64,000 nt of DNA from an uncultured Verrucomicrobiae bacterium (GCA_963815455.1 CAWFGO010000001.1:1472001-1536000), one strand, 5' to 3'; counted from the stretch's first letter, positions 19,258 through 27,809 are shown. The notes: a model not told the origin generated them from the letters alone. A program made the numbers and translations.

Positions 19258-19699
19258 GGTCTGGTCTGAAGACGTGTCGGGTAAGAGAGCCGGTGAGACA
19301 AGTAGCACCGCCGACAAGTGCGGCTATGCCACAAAACTCCCAAGCACCGTATGACCAAGAGCCATCGCCTGGATACGCTAGGAAAACGCCTGTCATGATG
19401 AGAAATCCTGCAGTCGCCCCGCAGGCGGTGCAAATGGGCCAGTGCCACAAAGAGGATGATGAGGGCACAAAGAGGTAAAGAGGAATCAGAACGAAAAGCC
19501 ACACGGGAATGATAAAGTATGCCATGAACCAGCTCGTCGCTATCGTACTGCCGAACACTAAGCCCACATCCAGCGCGTGGCGCTGCCGAATCGCATCGAC
19601 GAAGTAGGTGGACTCGAGAGCTACGAGCGTCACCACCCAGCCGGCAAGAACCGCAACAAGCGTTCCAACGAGCTGCTTGAAGATGGAGCGTGCGACCAT
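19241..19699 (-). CDS. Cassette 8: membrane protein
   Basis: Same protein as 8996-9454. Confidence 0.8.
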   Translation of the reverse strand: MVARSIFKQLVGTLVAVLAGWVVTLVALESTYFVDAIRQRHALDVGLVFGSTIATSWFMAYFIIPVWLFVLIPLYLFVPSSSSLWHWPICTACGATAGFLIMTGVFLAYPGDGSWSYGAWEFCGIAALVGGATCLTGSLTRHVFRPDHLTNR

Positions 19700-19821
19700 C
19701 TAACGAGACCAAGCTCAGCGGCGGCTACCAGGAGCGCGGCTGAAAATCTCTGGAACTGTTTTAATCATGACAAAATGTGAACGCACAGCGGTCCGCCGTT
19801 CGCTCCATCGCATGGTTAGAT
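19698..19821 (-). repeat. attC
   Basis: Near-identical to 9453-9576. Confidence 0.9.
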
Positions 19822-19824
19822 GAT

Positions 19825-20256
19825 TTAATGATTCTCACCATGAATTTCTTTTCCAAGTTTTTCTCCCAACGCACGGCCTTGCGCTGCCGAATCGACGAGC
19901 TTCTGATGCGTCTCAGTATCTGTAGAAACCAAATCGTCGCTCGCCGTAATCCCAAACGAATCGATGACAAGATCCTTCCGCCGATCCTCGAATAACAAAA
20001 CTGTAGTGTAGCTCGATGTCGGACTCTCGGTCAGCGTAACGGAATATGGAAACTCGGCGGACACATCGAGTGACGAAATCTTTGCGTCTTTGACGGCAAC
20101 CAAGACGCGCTTGTGTGCTGCAGCTGATATGATGAACCACGCGGGATGCCCTTCCATCCGATGGGCCGCTGTCAATTTGAGATCACTGCGCTGATCGCCA
20201 GCGAGTGCGAATTGGCCGGTGATGACGAAGAGGAAAACGAGAACGCGCGCTATCAT
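19825..20256 (-). CDS. Cassette 7: secreted hypothetical protein
   Basis: Same protein as 9580-10011. Confidence 0.8.
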   Translation of the reverse strand: MIARVLVFLFVITGQFALAGDQRSDLKLTAAHRMEGHPAWFIISAAAHKRVLVAVKDAKISSLDVSAEFPYSVTLTESPTSSYTTVLLFEDRRKDLVIDSFGITASDDLVSTDTETHQKLVDSAAQGRALGEKLGKEIHGENH

Positions 20257-20378
20257 CTAACGAGAAAGAGGTGAGCGATGGCGGCTGAGAGGGCGCGTGG
20301 CTTGCATGAGAAGGAGTCTAGCTACTCAAAGCGTGGGACACAAGGCCAGCCGCCATTCGCTCCACCGACTGGTTAGAT
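20255..20378 (-). repeat. attC
   Basis: ATCTAAC...GTTAGAT. Confidence 0.88.
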
Positions 20379-20420
20379 GGTTCGCGTGGCATTACGAAGG
20401 ATAATGATAACGGACTCTCA

Positions 20421-20631
20421 TTAGAATGCCCACTTCCCCCAGAACTTCGACACAGCAGAATAACCATCAGCCAAAGCATACGTGAAACGCTGCCGATGAC
20501 GAAGCACAGAAAAGCATGCATAGATGACGATCAGCGGCGTGACCAAAACAAGAAGGACCGGCCATAAAATGAACTTCCAAACGAGGGTGAACACTGCCTC
20601 GACTACCGAACTCAGAGAGTGCCTCGATCAT
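20421..20631 (-). pseudogene. Cassette 6: probably frameshifted small membrane protein
   Basis: MIEAL in one frame; VVEAVFTLVWKFILWPVLLVLVTPLIVIY...KWAF* in another. Confidence 0.55.
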
Positions 20632-20656
20632 GGGTTATCGCGATAACGCTCTCTAC

Positions 20657-20778
20657 ATCTAACGAGACGGAGATAAGCTACGGCCACTGAGGACGAGCGT
20701 CGATCGAAGTGGAAGTGATTTAGTCATTTAAGCGTAAACGCGTAGCGGGTGGCCGTTAGCTTCATCGATTGGTTAGGC
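20657..20778 (-). repeat. attC
   Basis: ATCTAAC...GTTAGGC. Confidence 0.9.
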
Positions 20779-21199
20779 GGTTAAGGTTATCGCGAGCCCA
20801 ATGTCCTGGATCGAGTTCCAACGCGCGGCGGTATGACGACGCGGCATTCTGCGAGTCTCCCAGCTCGTTCTGCGCGTTGCCGAGCGCCGCGAGCACATCG
20901 GCAGAAAGATCAGAGGTGAGCGCTCTCTCAAAGCACGCAATAGCAAGCCGAGGCTCTCCGCGCTGACTATGCTCGAGGCCAAACTGGTAATGGACCTCAC
21001 GGACGTCTTCGGCGGTGAGCCAATCAGGGAGCGGCAGGGCGTAGCACGAATCACACACCGTGATCTCACCCACTGAAGTGTCAATGACTGCACACGGGCT
21101 TGCCGTCTTATCGATGACAAGCGATTCGCCGTCGTCAGTGGTCCAACGCTCCGCTGGCGCCTCTGGAATTTCAGCGCGACAGAGAGAACACGTGTGCAT
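20762..21199 (-). CDS. Cassette 5: CxxC/CxxC Zn-ribbon plus TPR protein
   Basis: CSLC, CDSC; ALGNAQNELGDSQNAASSYRRALELDP. Confidence 0.8.
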   Translation of the reverse strand: MHTCSLCRAEIPEAPAERWTTDDGESLVIDKTASPCAVIDTSVGEITVCDSCYALPLPDWLTAEDVREVHYQFGLEHSQRGEPRLAIACFERALTSDLSADVLAALGNAQNELGDSQNAASSYRRALELDPGHWARDNLNRLTNR

Positions 21200-21202
21200 A
21201 TC

Positions 21203-21325
21203 GCCTAACGAGAATAAGCTGAGCGACCGCCACCGAGAGCGAGCGTGGCTTCGAGTGAAACTGTTTTGATCATCTGAAATGTGAACACGCGCCGGGTGGC
21301 GGTTAGCTCGAGCGATTGGTTAGAT
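21203..21325 (-). repeat. attC
   Basis: GCCTAAC...GTTAGAT. Confidence 0.9.
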
Positions 21326-21341
21326 GAAGTGCGTTGCAAAC

Positions 21342-21681
21342 TCATTGTTTTGTCTCGGCTTCGTAGTGTTCCTGGCAAACTGGACAGTAAACTGCGACCT
21401 CTTTGTCGTGATAATCTGCCGAGCGAGTTCGCTGCTGAAAGTAAACAAGGCTGTTTGGGTATTTCCACTGAGCGCGATAATCTGCTTCACCGGGATCAAT
21501 GGTGCCGCGATCAAAATGACTCCAAGCATAGACGACAGCGCGTTTCAGCGGGACGTGATGAATGGAGCAGACACCCGAAGCCAACGACGCTTTGCGAACG
21601 GAGTCGAAGTAAACTTGATGTTGTGCCTCCGTCGCACACGATGCCAGGAGTACCGGCGAAACAGGCGACCGGGAACTTCAT
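21342..21681 (-). pseudogene. Cassette 4: lipoprotein with CxxH/CxxC motifs, frameshifted in the signal peptide
   Basis: MKFPVACFA from the core ATG, then VLLASCATEAQ...CSIHH...YCPVC in another frame. Confidence 0.6.
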
Positions 21682-21802
21682 CTAACGAGACGGAGCTGAG
21701 CGACGGCCACCGAGGGCGAGCGTGGCTCGAAGGGAAAATGTTTTATCAACTCAAAAGATGAGCGCAGAGCGGGTGGCCGTTCGCTCGAGCGATTTGTTAG
21801 AC
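21680..21802 (-). repeat. attC
   Basis: ATCTAAC...GTTAGAC. Confidence 0.9.
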
Positions 21803-22017
21803 GATTGGCCGTCCATGTGAAATGTGGTAGGAGACCGCAGCCCGAAGACCCATGCACGCGATGACGAGAAATGTCTTCAAATAGCGAGAGTCGCCTAAGG
21901 AATTCGTAAATAGCCAGTGTACGCTCCACGCAGAGAGCCGTCACCAAGGGGTGCTCGGAAGAAGATCGGCAGTGGATGAACAAAATAGCGCCACAACGTA
22001 AAAGTGAATAATACACA

Positions 22018-22254
22018 TCAGTAATGCGGGCCAGGCACGACGGATGCGATAACGCAACAAAGCGATAAGGCGGCAGCAGCGAACAGAGCGATCTCAACGG
22101 AACTGGTGACGACGTATCGCCTCGCAAAGGAGCCGATGAGCGGACTGTAGGTGAATCGGGGCTGAACTGCGTGGGGTATCCACAACGCTTGCTGCACGAT
22201 GGCAATGAGCCAAAACGTGACTGTGAGAATTGTCGCGATGCGGATGATGCGCAT
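22018..22254 (-). pseudogene. Cassette 3: membrane protein, probably prematurely terminated
   Basis: ORF covers only about half of the cassette; hydrophobic coding-like sequence continues after the TGA. Confidence 0.5.
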
Positions 22255-22257
22255 AAG

Positions 22258-22383
22258 GTCTAACGAGACGGAGCTCAGCCGCCGCTCTGGGAGCGAGGCT
22301 GCGCTCCAGTTGAGAATAGACTAATCAAAATCGACATCGACGCGCAACGCCAAAGAGCGGTTGGCTGGAGCGAGTTGTTAGAC
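22258..22383 (-). repeat. attC
   Basis: GTCTAAC...GTTAGAC. Confidence 0.88.
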
Positions 22384-22384
22384 C

Positions 22385-22753
22385 TCATTTCAATATGCCG
22401 CGCTTTCTAAGGAACCAGCCGATGAAGAACATCAAGATCGCGCTCGCGAGTGAAGTGGGAACAATGAGCCTAAGTGGCATATGCTCTCCAAAATAACACA
22501 AGAGTCCGGAGATAAGGAGGCCGACAATGGCAATGGTCCCAAATAACGTCTTACTCACGGGTAAATGAAGAACTGCATGAAGGCAGTTATCGCTCCAACC
22601 AAGAAAGCCAACCCCAATGCACCAAACGAACTGCCTATAAGTCAGGCCGCGAATAAGCTCGGGCCGGTTGCGGGTCCAGAAGTAGGCAAAGGTGGTGCTG
22701 AGCATCAGCATCCCTCCAACGATAAGGTCCGAAATATTTAGCGGATGGCTCAT
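22385..22753 (-). CDS. Cassette 2: 4-TM membrane protein
   Basis: Fills the cassette. Confidence 0.8.
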   Translation of the reverse strand: MSHPLNISDLIVGGMLMLSTTFAYFWTRNRPELIRGLTYRQFVWCIGVGFLGWSDNCLHAVLHLPVSKTLFGTIAIVGLLISGLLCYFGEHMPLRLIVPTSLASAILMFFIGWFLRKRGILK

Positions 22754-22755
22754 GG

Positions 22756-22879
22756 GTCTAACGAGAACAAGATGAGCGACGGCGGACGAGAGCGCGCGTC
22801 GCTCGCAGTGGAAGGGTGGAAGTCATCTCAAAATGTGGATGTGGGGCGGTCCGCCGTTCGCTCCATCGCCTGGTTAGGC
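22756..22879 (-). repeat. attC
   Basis: GTCTAAC...GTTAGGC. Confidence 0.9.
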
Positions 22880-23142
22880 CTTCGGTGGCGAACCCGCTGC
22901 CCGTGTATGCAACCACCAAGATAAATGCACGCAATCACCGCGAACGCCGTCCCGAAAGAGTAGCGAGAGAGCAAGAAGCTCATAAGCGCAAGAGAGACAA
23001 ACAGCGCAATACTAAGAATCCAGAACTTGATCGAAAGCTCGTGGGTCTTCAGTGGAGGGCGTGGTCGGAGCGACTGGCCGCGGAGCCAGCGCAAAGAGAG
23101 AATCGCACCTGAGAGCACCAGCCCTGCGAGCAACCCGATCAC
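22828..23142 (-). CDS. Cassette 1: membrane protein reading into its attC
   Basis: Three hydrophobic segments; start uncertain (the ATG at 23177 is out of frame). Confidence 0.65.
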   Translation of the reverse strand: MIGLLAGLVLSGAILSLRWLRGQSLRPRPPLKTHELSIKFWILSIALFVSLALMSFLLSRYSFGTAFAVIACIYLGGCIHGQRVRHRRPNQAMERTADRPTSTF

Positions 23143-23179
23143 GGCGCATTTAATGAGGTCTGAGAAATCGGACGCATTG

Positions 23180-23236
23180 GCCTAACGAGAATTAGACGAA
23201 GGTTCGTAATTAAAGGCGAACATTTTTTCGTCTAAC
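23180..23236 (-). other. attI site
   Basis: Minus strand GTCTAAT-TCTC-GTTAGGC (L and R boxes), plus an upstream direct-repeat GTTAGAC that overlaps the intI stop. Confidence 0.8.
23182..23223 (-). CDS. attI leader mini-ORF MFAFNYEPSSNSR*
   Basis: Starts 8 nt after the intI stop and ends on the TAG of the attI core. Confidence 0.55.
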   Translation of the reverse strand: MFAFNYEPSSNSR

Positions 23237-24248
23237 TAGGTTGAGGGTTCGAAGGGGGGCGGCAGTCGACAGGGCTGCGTACCCCCAGGCCGGGTTTATC
23301 CAATACATGAGTGTAAATCATTGTGGTTGAGACATCTTTGTGTCCAAGCAGTGCCTGAACGGTGCGAATATCGGAGCCGGCCTGGAGCAAATGGGTGGCA
23401 AAACTGTGTCGAAAGGTATGACAACTGGCCGGTTTGGCAATCCCGGCCCGTTGAATCGCCAGTTTTACCGCGTTTTGGAGGTTTTTTTCCTGAACGTGAT
23501 GCCTGCGAATCTCTCCCGAGCGCGGGTCGAGCGAGAGCTTGGCGGCCGGGAACACATATTGCCACGCCCAAGAGCGATCGGCGTTGCGATATTTGCGGGC
23601 CAAGGCGAAAGGCAGGTAGACTCTGCCCCGGCCTGCGGCGAGGTCCTGCCGGTGCAGCGCTCGCACCCGGCCAAGGTGCAGGTGCAATTCTTCGCGTCCT
23701 GCTTCCGGCAGAAGGGTAACTCGATCGCGCTGGCCTTTCCCGTCGCGAACAATAATCCGGTTGAGCCCCAAATCCACATCCTTGACGCGCAAGCGCACGC
23801 ACTCCATCAGACGCAGTCCGCTGCCGTAGAGTAAAAGGGCCATGAGATGGTATTCGGCTCTGAGTTGCGCGAGCACTGCGTGCGCCTCCTCCGGGGTGAA
23901 GACGACTGGAATTTTGGCTGGCCGTTTGACCCGCTCCGCATCGATGAAGTCGAGTTTTGTATTCAGTACCTCCTGATAAAGGAACAACAGAGCGGACAGA
24001 GCCTGGTTCTGAGTGGACGCAGCCACATGTTTGTTTACGGCCAGATGAGTGAGGAAACGGGTAATCTCCTCTTCGCCCATTTCGTTGGGGTGGCGTTTGC
24101 GATGAAAGAGGATGTAACGCCGGATCCAATCTAGGTAGGCCTGCTCGGTGCGGATGCTGTAGTGTTTTACTCGCAATTGCCAGCGAACGCGGTCGAGCAA
24201 CTTGGGCGACGAAGCGACGGTGGCGGTGGAGGGCGGCACGGTCGCCAT
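23232..24248 (-). CDS. intI: Integron integrase
   Basis: [33 protein letters not shown], IntI-specific patch [11 protein letters not shown]...[28 protein letters not shown]. Confidence 0.97.
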   Translation of the reverse strand: MATVPPSTATVASSPKLLDRVRWQLRVKHYSIRTEQAYLDWIRRYILFHRKRHPNEMGEEEITRFLTHLAVNKHVAASTQNQALSALLFLYQEVLNTKLDFIDAERVKRPAKIPVVFTPEEAHAVLAQLRAEYHLMALLLYGSGLRLMECVRLRVKDVDLGLNRIIVRDGKGQRDRVTLLPEAGREELHLHLGRVRALHRQDLAAGRGRVYLPFALARKYRNADRSWAWQYVFPAAKLSLDPRSGEIRRHHVQEKNLQNAVKLAIQRAGIAKPASCHTFRHSFATHLLQAGSDIRTVQALLGHKDVSTTMIYTHVLDKPGLGVRSPVDCRPPSNPQPS

Positions 24249-24375
24249 TTATCCCAAATCCGTTACCGGAAGGCAAGAATTTCGAGGAAGTTCGCGAAGG
24301 CGAGGGCGCGAGCGGGGTGACTTTTTACAGAAGGCAACGAAGGAAACTAAGGGACGAACCGGGAAACACGCGGTC

Positions 24376-24697
24376 ATCCGCCCTCGTGGCGACTACGGCG
24401 CGACAGGCAGGGCCGTGGCTACAGAAGAGAGGATCATTGCGGGCGACACCCGCCACGGCGGGCAGGCTCGCGCAACTAGACTAGGGAAAGGACACGGCGA
24501 CGCAGCGCCCCGCACACGGCGGGCAGGCTGTGGCTACAACAGATCGACGGTCGTAGACCGCCGCTACAGGAGAGGAAAACGATTGCGGGCGACACGCCCG
24601 CCTCTACACCGAGAGAAGGCACGGCGGCGGTGCGCCCCGCACACGGCGGGCAGGCTGTGGCTACAACAGATCGACGGTCGTAGACCGCCGCTACAGG
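24376..24697. repeat. Cluster of nested REP-like palindromes, including a 66-bp direct repeat (24505-24570 = 24632-24697)
   Basis: Several hairpins ending in CTAC on the plus strand. Confidence 0.8.
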
Positions 24698-24773
24698 GGG
24701 AAGTGGGATTCCGCGAGCTGGGGAGCGGATACGAGTTTGATCTGCGTCAATCCGCGTAATCGGCGGTTTTTTC

Positions 24774-25331
24774 TTACTTCGTCTTAGCGATGCCGATTAC
24801 GCCGCAGGCGATTCGGGCTCCGGCGTCCCCGGATGGCTGCGATTTGAGGTCGTCCGGCTTGGCGTGAATGATCACGGAGCGGCCAATGACGGATTCCTTG
24901 TCGTGCGCGGGCGAGATCGAGATATGATGATCCAGATAGTCCAGGGTCGCCTTGCCGGAGGCGTCGGCTTCAATGTTGCCCATGTCGCCCTCGTGACGCT
25001 CGCTGGCATCGGGGCCGGCGTGGGGACTGTTCGTCGGATTGAAATGGCCGCCGGCCGAGCTCAAATCGGCCGCGCTGCAATCGCCAAACTCATGGATATG
25101 AAATCCGTGTTTGCCTGGAGCCAGCCCGGTGAGTTCGGCGTGGACACGGACGCCGTCGGCTTCTTCCTTCAAGGTGACGGTCCCCGCCACCTTGTTGCCT
25201 TCGGTGGCATGAAGCACGGCGATGGCGTTGGACGGGTCCGACGATTTTTCGTCCGTTCCCTGGGCCAGAGCGGTGACGCTCGAAAGGGACAGACACAACA
25301 GTGCGATTAACGATGGCGACGATGGGTTCAT
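24774..25331 (-). CDS. sodC: Periplasmic Cu/Zn superoxide dismutase
   Basis: HGFHIHEFGDC, GGHFNP, HEGDMGNI, GARIACG. Confidence 0.96.
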   Translation of the reverse strand: MNPSSPSLIALLCLSLSSVTALAQGTDEKSSDPSNAIAVLHATEGNKVAGTVTLKEEADGVRVHAELTGLAPGKHGFHIHEFGDCSAADLSSAGGHFNPTNSPHAGPDASERHEGDMGNIEADASGKATLDYLDHHISISPAHDKESVIGRSVIIHAKPDDLKSQPSGDAGARIACGVIGIAKTK

Positions 25332-25610
25332 GGACCTCTTATATTCAAGTTTGTTCGGTTAGTCCATCTCAGACGCAGGGGGCTTCTTCTCCAGGCCGTA
25401 GTGTCCGCTGTCTGAGCGGAAAAGGGCAATGCGCTGGGGACAGCGCATGCTACAGAAATCGCGGCGTCTGACACAGACGCCCTACAATTCCTGGCTTTTG
25501 CGCCAAAGCATTTCGTCCGATTCTATCCGCGTTATCCGCGTAATCCGCGGTTGTCGAACCAATCGACAAGCGCTCCGAATCGAAATATCGTGCCCTGTTC
25601 CTTTTATAAG

Positions 25611-26261
25611 ATGGCTACGCTGCACGACTCCGACGCTTCTCGTTACGAACACGCGGCTCACGGCCTGCGCCGCCGCGATCTCGATCCCGACCCGATCAAG
25701 CAGTTCGGGAATTGGTTTACGGCGGCGATTGAAGCCGGCATCCGTGATGTCAATGCAATGAGTCTCGCCACCGCCGGGCGCGACGCCAAGCCCTCGGTGC
25801 GGATCGTCCTCCTAAAAGGATTCGATCAGGACGGGTTCGTTTTCTTTACCAATTATGGCAGCGAGAAAGGCCGGCAGCTTGACGGAAACCCGTACGCGGC
25901 GCTCGATTTTTATTGGATTGAATTGGACCGGCAAATTCGGATCAGCGGCCGTGTCGAGAGAACTTCGCGGGAGGAATCCGACCATTATTTTCGTTCCCGG
26001 CCGGTGGGCAGCCAGCTTGGCGCCTGGGTTTCGCGTCAAAGCGAAGTGATCGATGGCCGCCGTGTGCTCGACGCGCGCCTGGCCGAAATGACCGAGCGTT
26101 TCGGCGATAAGCCGATTCCATTGCCGCCGCACTGGGGCGGTTACCGAGTTAAGCCGGACACCATCGAATTTTGGCAGGGCCGCCCGAATCGTTTGCACGA
26201 CCGATTTCGCTACACGCGACAGGCGGATGGCAGGTGGCTGATTGACCGGCTGGCGCCGTGA
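25611..26261 (+). CDS. pdxH: Pyridoxamine 5'-phosphate oxidase
   Basis: RIVLLK, FFTNY, EFWQGRPNRLHDR, RLAP. Confidence 0.96.
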   Translation: MATLHDSDASRYEHAAHGLRRRDLDPDPIKQFGNWFTAAIEAGIRDVNAMSLATAGRDAKPSVRIVLLKGFDQDGFVFFTNYGSEKGRQLDGNPYAALDFYWIELDRQIRISGRVERTSREESDHYFRSRPVGSQLGAWVSRQSEVIDGRRVLDARLAEMTERFGDKPIPLPPHWGGYRVKPDTIEFWQGRPNRLHDRFRYTRQADGRWLIDRLAP

Positions 26262-26315
26262 GTGTTCCAGCGAACTAATGACGAAGCTCGATTCGTCATT
26301 TTTTGGGCGGCATCC

Positions 26316-26831
26316 ATGAAGAAGAATATCGATACCATCGACATCGTCCGCGGCGATATTACCAGGCTCGATGTCGATGCCATTGTAAACGCGGCCAACA
26401 GCATGCTGCTCGGTGGCGGCGGCGTGGATGGCGCAATTCATCGCGCTGCCGGTCCCGATTTAGTAGCCGAATGCCGCACGCTCGGTGGTTGCCGGCCGGG
26501 CGAAGCGAAATTGACTCGCGGTTATCGTTTGCCGGCGCGTTTCGTCATTCACACGGTCGGACCGGTTTGGAAAGGCGGAAATAATGGCGAGCCCGATGTG
26601 CTGGTCAATTGTTACCGCAATTCGTTGCAGTTGGCCGCCGACAACGGAATCAAAACCGTGGCTTTTCCGGCAATCAGCTGCGGTGCCTATGGTTATCCGG
26701 TTGCGGAAGCGTCACGTGTTGCCATTGAAACGACTCGAGATTTCCTGACGGCGAACAATAAGATCGACAAGGTGATTTTTGCCCTCTTCGACGAAGATAT
26801 CTACGAAGCGTACCGACAGTTGCTGCTGTAG
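26316..26831 (+). CDS. Macro-domain O-acetyl-ADP-ribose deacetylase (YmdB-like)
   Basis: GDITR, AIVNAAN, GGGVDGAIH, FPAISCGAYGYP. Confidence 0.93.
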   Translation: MKKNIDTIDIVRGDITRLDVDAIVNAANSMLLGGGGVDGAIHRAAGPDLVAECRTLGGCRPGEAKLTRGYRLPARFVIHTVGPVWKGGNNGEPDVLVNCYRNSLQLAADNGIKTVAFPAISCGAYGYPVAEASRVAIETTRDFLTANNKIDKVIFALFDEDIYEAYRQLLL

Positions 26832-26905
26832 CGGCGCTCTCTGACCGCCGTAATTCTCTCCAAATATATGCGACGGTCAGAGACCGCCGCCACATCTGCG
26901 ACGAA

Positions 26906-27214
26906 TCAAAAACCGCTGCGGATTCCCCGGTCCGGATCGCGGGGCCCGATGTCGTTGCTCAACTTGGCCCAGGCCGCGTGGACGGCATGCCGGGCATGAT
27001 CCCACGGAAGGGCCGAGCCTGGGCTACTCCGCTCATAATTGAGCTCAAGATCGTTCTCGATCTCATGGTAAGCCTTGCCCGGATACTCGTGGAACCCCTC
27101 ATAACCGGTGCGATAGGCTGCGGCATATTGCTCGTAACTTTTCCCCGGTTTCGCGAACGGCTGTTTCTGATGATGTTCGCGCCAATGGGCTTCTTCCTTG
27201 ATTAGATCTGCCAT
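26906..27214 (-). CDS. Small hypothetical protein
   Basis: MADLIKEEAHWREHH...YRTGY...AVHAAW; AGGAAG upstream. Confidence 0.7.
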   Translation of the reverse strand: MADLIKEEAHWREHHQKQPFAKPGKSYEQYAAAYRTGYEGFHEYPGKAYHEIENDLELNYERSSPGSALPWDHARHAVHAAWAKLSNDIGPRDPDRGIRSGF

Positions 27215-27320
27215 TGTTCTTCCTTTCTTCTTGGTGTCTATTGTTTGGACAATCCAACTGCCCGGATGTTTGAGGAAATGCGATTGGGCGCCGGGCGTGA
27301 ATTTAACTGGAGGAATAGAT

Positions 27321-27809
27321 ATGAGTTTTCCTGATAACGACGATTTTGTTGAAGACCAACCCATGGCCGCGCCGTTGCGACGTTCCCGAGAAGCGAAATC
27401 TGTCCGAGGCCGGCTCCGCACCGCGAGTCGGAAGGTTTCGGCCGGGGCCGGCGACAAGTGGAAGCAAACCACCGCAAAAGCGGGTGCTGCTCGCGAACGT
27501 ACGGAACTTTTCCTGCGCCAGAACCCGGTGCCGACCATCCTCGGCGCGCTTGCCGTCGGCCTGGCGATTGGCCTGGCTATCCGTTACGCCGCGACATCGG
27601 ATGAGCGGGAAGACCGGCGGTCTGCGCTCGGCAACGCGAACTGGGGCTTTCTCTCGTTGCCGTTTCTCCTGCCGCTGTTCAAGTCGCTTAGAGAAAGATA
27701 CGAAGATTCCGCCGATGCCGTCCGGGGCGGCGTCGATCGATTGAAAAAGATCGACATCGACGATTACGCCAAGCCGATCCGCAAACGCTGGAATTCCTGG
27801 ACGCACTGA
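27321..27809 (+). CDS. ElaB/DUF883-like membrane-anchored protein
   Basis: GGAGG RBS; FLRQNPVPTILGALAVGLAIG. Confidence 0.65.
   Translation: MSFPDNDDFVEDQPMAAPLRRSREAKSVRGRLRTASRKVSAGAGDKWKQTTAKAGAARERTELFLRQNPVPTILGALAVGLAIGLAIRYAATSDEREDRRSALGNANWGFLSLPFLLPLFKSLRERYEDSADAVRGGVDRLKKIDIDDYAKPIRKRWNSWTH

Larger units (their letters stand above)
8451..23236 (-). mobile_element. Integron cassette array: 26 cassettes, 25 attC plus 1 truncated attC, attI
   Basis: Repeated RYCTAAC...CTCGTTAGRY imperfect palindromes (~95-125 bp) separating single small ORFs, next to intI. Confidence 0.96.

Noticed and set aside
21324..21761. Plus-strand 145-aa ORF as an inverted cassette gene
   Set aside because: It runs through the attC; the minus strand gives a better lipoprotein-like gene starting at the core ATG, although frameshifted.
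8917..22879. Regularly spaced repeats as a CRISPR array
   Set aside because: Units are ~95-125 bp, degenerate, and separated by whole genes; there are no cas genes; they have attC structure and an adjacent intI.
9453..22879. Sigma70 promoter inside each attC (YAnnnT 3-6 nt before the loop ATG)
   Set aside because: A -10-like hexamer (CACATT/TACATT/CATATT) recurs, but spacing varies and there is no -35 element; it cannot be distinguished from a U-rich translation enhancer without TSS data.
23296..24276. 326-aa alternative-frame ORF overlapping intI
   Set aside because: Low-complexity Arg/Pro/Ala-rich translation typical of an off-frame read; no independent support.
24249..24375. LexA box controlling intI
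   Set aside because: I found no CTGT-N8-ACAG or TGTTC-N4-GAACA motif; only a weak TTGCCT-17-GATAAA promoter candidate.
24376..24697. Direct repeats upstream of intI as a mini-CRISPR or further attC sites
   Set aside because: Only two exact copies, no unique spacers of regular length and no RYYYAAC/GTTRRRY boxes; they are REP-like.
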